DNA from: Armatimonadota bacterium
GTDB lineage: Bacteria > Armatimonadota > Fimbriimonadia > Fimbriimonadales > GBS-DC
NCBI GenBank assembly: GCA_037444405.1
Contig: JBBIML010000008.1
Span: 1-64,000 of the forward strand
Direction of reading: 5' to 3'
Length of the DNA: 64,000 nucleotides
The position numbers and the translations under genes were made by a program. Position 1 is the first letter of the stretch; the number at the start of each line of letters is the position of its first letter. Positions 56,723 through 64,000 of this stretch are shown one piece after another. The notes beneath the pieces were generated by a model. The model had not been told where the DNA came from and made no database searches. It saw nothing but the letters and a program-made list of their open reading frames with translations.

Positions 56723-57766
56723 ATGGCGGACGAGGAGCGCACGGAGCAGGCGACGCCGCGCCGGCGGCAGGAGGCGCGGCGCAAAGGGCAGGTAGCACGC
56801 TCGGCGGAGGTGAACGCCGCCTGCGTGTTTCTGGCGTTCGTGCTGATGCTGCCGCTCGTGCTGCGCTGGGGCGGCGAGCGACTGCTGCTGACCGTTCAGC
56901 ACGGCATTCTCGCGGCAGGCTCGATGCGCCCGTCGGAGGCGGTGCTGTGGAGCGCGCTCGCCATGCTGACGCCCATCATGGGGCTGGCGCTGCTCGTCGC
57001 GCTGGTCGCCAACCTGATTCAGGTCGGCTTCACCCTTTCTGCCCATCCTCTTCAGCCCGATTTGAACCGCATCGATCCCATCAAGGGCTTCCAGCGGCTC
57101 TTCTCGGCGCGGGCGATGGTGGAGCTGCTCAAGGCGTTGCTCAAGTTCGGGCTGATTGCGTGGGTGGCGTGGCGCACCCTTCAGGGCGAGCTGGACGCGC
57201 TGATGGCGACCGCCCGGATGCCCCTGCCCGACGCGCTCGCGCCAATCGGGAATGCGCTCTATCAGGTCGGGCTGCGTGTGGGCGTCCTGTGGCTGATTCT
57301 GGCACTGCTGGACTATCTCTATCAGCGGTGGGAGTTCGAACGGAGCATTCGCATGTCGCGCTATGAGCTGCTGGAGGAGTTCCGCCAGACGGAGGGCGAC
57401 CCCCATGTGCGCATGCGTCAGCGCCAGCGAATGCAACAGATTGCGCGTGCGCGGCAGATTATGGAGGTGCGCCGTGCCGATGTGGTGGTCACGAACCCGG
57501 TGACTTATGCGGTGGCGTTGCGTTATGATCGGGCGAGCATGCGGGCGCCGCGTGTGGTTGCCAAAGGGCGGGGCTGGCTCGCGCGGCGTATTCGGGAGGA
57601 AGCGCTGCGTTGGCATGTGCCCATCGTGCCGAACCCGCCGCTGGCGCGCAGCCTCTACGCGCAGGTGGAGGTCGGGCAGGAGATCCCGGCGGCGCTCTAT
57701 CAGGCGGTGGCGGAGGTGCTGGCGTATGTGTACCGCCTGCGCCGCGCCCATAGACCAACCCCTTGA
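56723..57766 (+). CDS. flhB: Flagellar export switch protein FlhB
   Basis: RTEQATPRR..ARRKGQV, EGDP, ADVVVTNP, VVAKG, PPLARSLY, AVAEVLAYVY. Confidence 0.93.
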   Translation: MADEERTEQATPRRRQEARRKGQVARSAEVNAACVFLAFVLMLPLVLRWGGERLLLTVQHGILAAGSMRPSEAVLWSALAMLTPIMGLALLVALVANLIQVGFTLSAHPLQPDLNRIDPIKGFQRLFSARAMVELLKALLKFGLIAWVAWRTLQGELDALMATARMPLPDALAPIGNALYQVGLRVGVLWLILALLDYLYQRWEFERSIRMSRYELLEEFRQTEGDPHVRMRQRQRMQQIARARQIMEVRRADVVVTNPVTYAVALRYDRASMRAPRVVAKGRGWLARRIREEALRWHVPIVPNPPLARSLYAQVEVGQEIPAALYQAVAEVLAYVYRLRRAHRPTP

Positions 57767-57793
57767 CAACGCGGGAAGACGATGTGGTATAAT
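57763..57793 (+). promoter_or_regulatory. sigma70-type promoter of the tRNA cluster
   Basis: TTGACA (57763) and TG-extended TATAAT (57788), 19-nt spacer; second TATAAT at 58167 before tRNA-Gly. Confidence 0.7.
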
Positions 57794-57811
57794 AGACCTG
57801 CTCGGCGTGCC

Positions 57812-57887
57812 GGGCGAATAGCTCAGGTGGGAGAGCGCTTCCCTTACAAGGAAGAGGTCGCAGGTTCGAGTCCTGCTTCGCCCACCA
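57812..57887 (+). tRNA. tRNA-Val(TAC)
   Basis: Anticodon arm CTTCC-CTTACAA-GGAAG, GGTTCGAGTCC, CCA. Confidence 0.97.
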
Positions 57888-57904
57888 TCGCCGCGTGTGG
57901 GGCA

Positions 57905-57982
57905 GGGGCTGTAGCTCAGCCAGGTCAGAGCGCCAGCCTGTCACGCTGGAGGTCGCGGGTTCAAGTCCCGTCAGCCCCGCCA
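57905..57982 (+). tRNA. tRNA-Asp(GTC)
   Basis: CCAGC-CTGTCAC-GCTGG, GGTTCAAGTCC, CCA. Confidence 0.97.
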
Positions 57983-57995
57983 GCCGGGTAGATTT

Positions 57996-58070
57996 GCCGG
58001 GGTAGCTCAGTGGTAGAGCACGGGACTGAAAATCCCGGTGTCGTCGGTTCGACTCCGACCCCCGGCACCA
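57996..58070 (+). tRNA. tRNA-Phe(GAA)
   Basis: CGGGA-CTGAAAA-TCCCG, GGTTCGACTCC, CCA. Confidence 0.97.
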
Positions 58071-58072
58071 AC

Positions 58073-58158
58073 GGGCGAGTGGTGGAACTGGTAGACACGC
58101 CAGACTTAGGATCTGGTGGGCACTGCCCGTGGGAGTTCGAGTCTCCCCTCGCCCACCA
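58073..58158 (+). tRNA. tRNA-Leu(TAG)
   Basis: CCAGA-CTTAGGA-TCTGG, long variable arm, CCA. Confidence 0.97.
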
Positions 58159-58182
58159 AAATCGGGTATAATACATACATGA

Positions 58183-58257
<75 letters not shown>

Positions 58258-58276
58258 GCTTTTGTGAGGCAGAGCG

Positions 58277-59563
58277 ATGGAAATCACTGTCCAGCAACTT
58301 GACCCCGTGAATGTTCAACTGCATATCGAGGTGGAGCCTGAAGCTGTTAATCGCGCGTTTGAACGCGCCATTCGCACGCTGGGCAGGGCAATCCAGGTGC
58401 CAGGCTTCCGCCCCGGTCAGGCGCCCATCAGTGTGCTGCGTCAGCGCCTCTCCGATGAACTGGTGCGTCGCGCCGCCCGCGACCTGCTCATCGAGGAATC
58501 GCTCGCTGCCGCGCTGGAACAGCAGGCGCTCGTGCCTTACACCACCCCGCAGATCGAAATCGAGCAGCTGCAGGAGGGGGAGCCGTTCCGGTATAAGGCG
58601 CTGGTGTCGCTTGCGCCACAGGTGGAACTGGGCGACTATCGCGATATCCGCCTGGAGAGCGCGCCCCAGCAAGCCACCGACGAAGAAATCCAGCAGTCGC
58701 TCGAATCGCTTCAGGAGCAGCTGATGGAGCTGAAACGCGCCAGCGACCGCCCCGCGCAACCTCAGGATCGGCTCGTCATCCGCCTGCGCTCGCTGGAAGA
58801 CGAGGATGCCCCGCCCAGCCGCTATATGGTCATTCTGGGCGAATCGTTCGGCGAGCTGGATAACGCGCTTGCCGGCATGCGCGAGGGCGAAACCCGAACC
58901 GTCACGCTCACCTTCCCCGAAGATTTCAGCGACGAACGGCTGGCGGGCAAGATGAAGCAGGTCGAAATCACCCTGGAGCAGATCCATGCACCGCAGCTGC
59001 CCCCGCTCGATGACCTGTTCGCTCAGCGGCTGGGGCTAAGCACGCTCGACGAACTGCGTGAAACCATCCGCCAGAGCATCGTCGCTGACAAGGAGCAACG
59101 CGAAACCGAACGGCTCGAAGGCGAACTGCTGAGTATCCTGCGCCAGCGCAGCACCGTCCACCTGCCACAGACGCTCATCCAGCAGCAGGTTCGACAGGAG
59201 CTGGAGGAGCTGGTGGAGCGCCTGCAGGCGAACAATCTCACCCTGCAGGACTTCCTGCAACATTCGGGCATGAGCCAGGAGCAGCTGACCGAACGGCTGC
59301 TCCAGCGTGCCGTCGTGAAACTGCAGAACACCTTCATCCTGCTCGAAATCGCCCGGCGCGAGGGCGTCGAGGTCAACCCCGACGAGGTGCAGGCAGTGAT
59401 CCAGACAGCCGCGCAACAGATTGCCACCTCACCTGAAGAGCGCGCCCGCATGCTCAACGACGCCGAACTCGCGCGACGCATTCGCAACGAGATGGTGCTG
59501 GAAAAAACGGTACAGAAACTGCTCACAATCGTCCAAAATAGGGAGGAAGGAGCAACGCCATGA
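58277..59563 (+). CDS. tig: Trigger factor
   Basis: [17 protein letters not shown]...LAGK, LDDLFA; precedes clpP-clpX. Confidence 0.93.
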   Translation: MEITVQQLDPVNVQLHIEVEPEAVNRAFERAIRTLGRAIQVPGFRPGQAPISVLRQRLSDELVRRAARDLLIEESLAAALEQQALVPYTTPQIEIEQLQEGEPFRYKALVSLAPQVELGDYRDIRLESAPQQATDEEIQQSLESLQEQLMELKRASDRPAQPQDRLVIRLRSLEDEDAPPSRYMVILGESFGELDNALAGMREGETRTVTLTFPEDFSDERLAGKMKQVEITLEQIHAPQLPPLDDLFAQRLGLSTLDELRETIRQSIVADKEQRETERLEGELLSILRQRSTVHLPQTLIQQQVRQELEELVERLQANNLTLQDFLQHSGMSQEQLTERLLQRAVVKLQNTFILLEIARREGVEVNPDEVQAVIQTAAQQIATSPEERARMLNDAELARRIRNEMVLEKTVQKLLTIVQNREEGATP

Positions 59564-60165
59564 GCCGGATCATCCGAAGTCAGCTGATACCGATGGTGGT
59601 GGAGCAGACGGCGCGAGGCGAACGCGCTTACGACATCTATTCGCGCCTGCTCAAGGACCGAATCATCTTTCTCGGTGAACCCATCGATGACCAGGTCGCC
59701 AACCTCGTGATCGCGGAGCTGCTCTTTCTGGAGAAGGAGGACCCCGACAGGGACATCGATATGTACATCAACACGCCGGGGGGCATCGTGAGCGCAGGGC
59801 TGGCTATCTACGACACGATGCAAGCCATCAAGCCCGATGTGGCGACCATCTGTGTTGGGCAGGCTGCCAGCATGGGCGCCGTGCTGCTGGCAGGCGGCGC
59901 GCCCGGCAAACGCTACGCCCTGCCACACGCCCGAATTATGATCCATCAGGTTCATGCAGGCTTCCAGGGCACTGCCATCGATATCGAAATTCAAGCCCGC
60001 GAAGTGCTGCGCTACAAAGACATCCTCAACAACATCCTGCACAAACACACAGGTCAGCCGCTGGAACGCATCGAACAGGACACCGCGCGCGACTACTTTA
60101 TGTCTGCGAAAGAAGCGCAGGAGTATGGAATAATCGACCATATCCTGGACCGTAGCGGTCGATAA
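59560..60165 (+). CDS. clpP: ClpP protease subunit
   Basis: [33 protein letters not shown]. Confidence 0.97.
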   Translation: MSRIIRSQLIPMVVEQTARGERAYDIYSRLLKDRIIFLGEPIDDQVANLVIAELLFLEKEDPDRDIDMYINTPGGIVSAGLAIYDTMQAIKPDVATICVGQAASMGAVLLAGGAPGKRYALPHARIMIHQVHAGFQGTAIDIEIQAREVLRYKDILNNILHKHTGQPLERIEQDTARDYFMSAKEAQEYGIIDHILDRSGR

Positions 60166-60180
60166 CAGGGAGGTTCATGC

Positions 60181-61431
<1,251 letters not shown>

Positions 61432-61484
61432 ACAAGGCAGGAATCGGGCGCTGGCGCGTCTAATCGAGCAGGTGGGATGAAACG

Positions 61485-62747
61485 ATGATGTACGGTGGAA
61501 TGCGTGGTTCCGGCAGAATGTTTCGGTTGCTGATCCGCCATGCAGGCGTCACGCGCGAGATGGGCGGCGAGGAGCTCTCGCTCGCTGTGCAGCGCGTCGA
61601 CCGCATGTTTATCGAGGCGCTCGAAGCGGGCGCGTCCGATATTCACATGCACCCCGAACGCAACATGCTGCGCATCCGGTTCCGCATCGACGGCGTGCTG
61701 CACGAGCATGAGACCATCACGGAGCCTGATCTGTGGCAGGCGATGATTGCACGGGTCAAGCTCGCCGCCAATATGCATTTAGACGAGAAGCGCGACACGC
61801 AGGACGGGCGCATCGATATGGAGTATATGGACCGGCGGCTCAGCGCGCGCGTCTCCTGTATCCCGTCGCTGAACGGCGAGCGCATCGTGATGCGCATTCT
61901 GGATCCAGCCAAGATGATGGTCAAACTCGACACACTGGGCATGCCGCAGGATGTGCTGGCGAACTGGCGCCGCGCCCTGCAGGTCGCCTACGGCATGCTG
62001 GTCGTCACCGGTCCCACAGGCTCCGGCAAAACCTCCACGCTCTACGCCTCGCTCCACACGCTCGATCGCGTTCACCGCAACATCGTCACGGTGGAAGACC
62101 CGGTGGAGTACGAGTTCCCCGATAATGTGATGCAGGTGCAGGTGAGCGATAAGATTACTTTCCCGCGTGCGTTGCGGGCGATGCTGCGACACGACCCCGA
62201 TGTGATTATGATTGGCGAGATTCGCGACCGCGAATCGCTACAGATAGGCATTCAGGCGGCGCTCACGGGGCATCTGGTGCTGTCCACGCTGCACACCAAT
62301 AACGCCATCGAGACCATCAGCCGCATGATCGATATGGGCGCGGAGGATTATCTGATTGCGGCGACTCTGCAGTGCGCGATGGCGCAGCGACTGGTGCGTC
62401 TCATCTGTCCCGATTGCCGCACGCCCTATCAGCCGACGGCGGACGAACTGACGGCGTTGCGCATCCCGAAAGAGACCGCCTCGCAGTTCCAGTTCTTCAT
62501 CGGCAAGGGCTGTACGCAGTGTCGGGGCACAGGCTTTCGCGGGCGCACGGGGATTTTTGAGCTGCTGCGTATCAGTCCTGCTATCCGCGAGGCGATTGTG
62601 AATCGCGTGCCGGGCGACCAGATTCTGCAGATTGCCCAGAAAGAGGGCTTCCGCACGATGCTGGACGATGGGCGCGATAAGGTGCTGCGCGGCTTGACCA
62701 CCCCCCACGAGGTGATTCAGGCGGTGTATGCCGGGGTCTATGAGTAG
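61485..62747 (+). CDS. PilB/GspE-family secretion ATPase, short N-terminus (start uncertain)
   Basis: [51 protein letters not shown]. Confidence 0.92.
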   Translation: MMYGGMRGSGRMFRLLIRHAGVTREMGGEELSLAVQRVDRMFIEALEAGASDIHMHPERNMLRIRFRIDGVLHEHETITEPDLWQAMIARVKLAANMHLDEKRDTQDGRIDMEYMDRRLSARVSCIPSLNGERIVMRILDPAKMMVKLDTLGMPQDVLANWRRALQVAYGMLVVTGPTGSGKTSTLYASLHTLDRVHRNIVTVEDPVEYEFPDNVMQVQVSDKITFPRALRAMLRHDPDVIMIGEIRDRESLQIGIQAALTGHLVLSTLHTNNAIETISRMIDMGAEDYLIAATLQCAMAQRLVRLICPDCRTPYQPTADELTALRIPKETASQFQFFIGKGCTQCRGTGFRGRTGIFELLRISPAIREAIVNRVPGDQILQIAQKEGFRTMLDDGRDKVLRGLTTPHEVIQAVYAGVYE

Positions 62748-63876
62748 CGTTGACGCCGCGCCCAAAGGGTTCGCCTTTGAGGTTCTTGCCCGCTCAACCC
62801 GCAGCCATGCGCGGCTGGGACGACTGTATACGCCACACGGGATTGTCGACACGCCCGCCTTCATGCCCATCGGCACGCAGGCGACGGTCAAAACGCTCAG
62901 CCAGGAGGAGCTGGAAACACTCGGCTACGCGCTTATCCTGGCGAACACCTATCACCTCTATCTGCGTCCGGGCGCGGAGCGCATCGCGCGGCTGGGCGGG
63001 CTGCACGCCTTCATGAGCTGGCGCGGCGCGATTCTGACCGACAGCGGCGGCTATCAGGTGTTCAGCCTGACGCCCCTGCGCGAAATCGACGAGGACGGGG
63101 TGACCTTCCGCTCGCATATCGACGGCTCGCTCCATCGGCTCACGCCCGAACGCGCAGTGGAAGTGCAGCGACTGCTCGGCAGCGATATCGCGATGGCGCT
63201 CGATGAGTGCCCGCCCTATCCCGCCGATTACGACCAGGTGGCGCAGGCGACCGAGCGCACCTACCGCTGGGCGATTCGCTGTAAACAGGCGTGGCTCCAG
63301 AGCTTTGAACCACTCGCCCCGACTGGTGAGGAAGAGGGAGCGGGTGAGGGAGTTCTCTTCGGTATCGTGCAGGGCGGTGTGTATGAGAACCTGCGCCAGA
63401 TGAGCATCGAGCAGATAACCAGCCTCAATCTGCCCGGCTATGCGATTGGCGGTGTGTCGGTGGGCGAGCCTGCGGAGCTGATGTGGGCGGTGGTGGAGTT
63501 CACCGCGCCGCGTCTGCCCATCGACCGCCCCCGCTATCTGATGGGCGTTGGCACGCCCGACGACATTCGGCACGCCGTCGCCTGCGGTGTGGACCTGTTC
63601 GACTGCGTGCTGCCCACACGCCTGGGGCGACATGGCGCGGTGTTCACTTCGCGCGGGCGGCTCAACCTGCGCAACGCGCGATTCGCCGAGTGCAAAGAGC
63701 CGATTGACCCCGAGTGCGACTGTGCCGTCTGCCAGCGATACAGCCTCGCCTACATTCATCACCTGTTTCGTGCGGGCGAGATGCTGGGCTATCGGCTGGC
63801 GTCCTATCACAATCTGGCATATTACGCCCGCTGGATGCGCCGTTTGCGCGAGGCGATTGCGGCGGGCACGCTCTAA
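62740..63876 (+). CDS. tgt: tRNA-guanine transglycosylase
   Basis: TPAFMPIGT, NTYHL, TDSGGYQ, GIVQGG, YLMGVG, DCVLPTR. Confidence 0.97.
   Translation: MSSVDAAPKGFAFEVLARSTRSHARLGRLYTPHGIVDTPAFMPIGTQATVKTLSQEELETLGYALILANTYHLYLRPGAERIARLGGLHAFMSWRGAILTDSGGYQVFSLTPLREIDEDGVTFRSHIDGSLHRLTPERAVEVQRLLGSDIAMALDECPPYPADYDQVAQATERTYRWAIRCKQAWLQSFEPLAPTGEEEGAGEGVLFGIVQGGVYENLRQMSIEQITSLNLPGYAIGGVSVGEPAELMWAVVEFTAPRLPIDRPRYLMGVGTPDDIRHAVACGVDLFDCVLPTRLGRHGAVFTSRGRLNLRNARFAECKEPIDPECDCAVCQRYSLAYIHHLFRAGEMLGYRLASYHNLAYYARWMRRLREAIAAGTL
63310..63352 (-). repeat. Degenerate repeat family A copy inside tgt, in frame
   Basis: Reverse complement CTCCCTCACCCGCTCCCTCTTCCTCACCAGTCGGGGCGAGTGG; encodes PLAPTGEEEGAGEG. 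Confidence 0.75.
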
Positions 63877-64000
63877 AAAAGGCTCAGCTGCTCTTCATCT
63901 GGCGGTACAATGGGCTGCTGCTCCTGCTGGCGCTTTCTGAGTTCGATCACTTTGGCGCGGGCAGCTCTCAAATCCTCCACCAGCGAGGCATAGGCTTGAT
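63873..64000 (-). CDS. 3' end of a gene entering from beyond the window
   Basis: Reads ...QAYASLVEDLRAARAKVIELRKRQQEQQPIVPPDEEQLSLF*; its stop overlaps the tgt stop. Confidence 0.6.
   Translation of the reverse strand, partial: QAYASLVEDLRAARAKVIELRKRQQEQQPIVPPDEEQLSLF

Larger units (their letters stand above)
55946..56750. mobile_element. Toxin-antitoxin cassette bounded by 46-bp direct repeats duplicating the flhB 5' end
   Basis: GCCGATAATCGGGTATAGATGGCGGACGAGGAGCG(T/C)ACGGAGCAGG at 55946..55991 and 56705..56750. Confidence 0.75.

Overview
GC-rich bacterial chromosomal window. A diderm envelope (lpxD, GT9) combined with a Terrabacteria-type dcw cluster (DUF881, sbp) suggests Armatimonadota; this is inference only. 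Left to right: (1) an RHS polymorphic locus at 1-9.2 kb, made of a signal-peptide/RHS gene split by one in-frame TGA and carrying a non-enzymatic Gly/Pro/Cys-rich tip, an AT-rich two-lobed aspartyl protease, and three orphan RHS-core modules, two with DUF4329/JAB-like tips plus paralogous putative immunity genes; (2) efflux adaptor and MacB-like permease, pstSCA with a Pho-box-like repeat, a flavin amine oxidase, tRNA-Pro and pdxS-Uma2-pdxT; (3) a surface polysaccharide cluster; (4) a dcw cluster from mraZ to ftsZ with a murC-ddl fusion and no murB; (5) thiol-redox genes, a stand-alone SelB C-terminal domain, glycosyltransferases, lpxD, holB, surE, sdhB; (6) an MNT-HEPN toxin-antitoxin pair bracketed by a 46-bp direct repeat of the flhB start; (7) five tRNAs, tig-clpP-clpX, a PilB/GspE ATPase and tgt. 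The most striking structure not explained by the gene calls is a ~43-bp palindromic repeat seen 7 times. Five copies are translated in frame inside murC, murD, murE (inverted pair) and tgt, and in MurD the copy occupies the position of the conserved HNxxN motif. All product calls are from motif recognition by eye; no searches were run.
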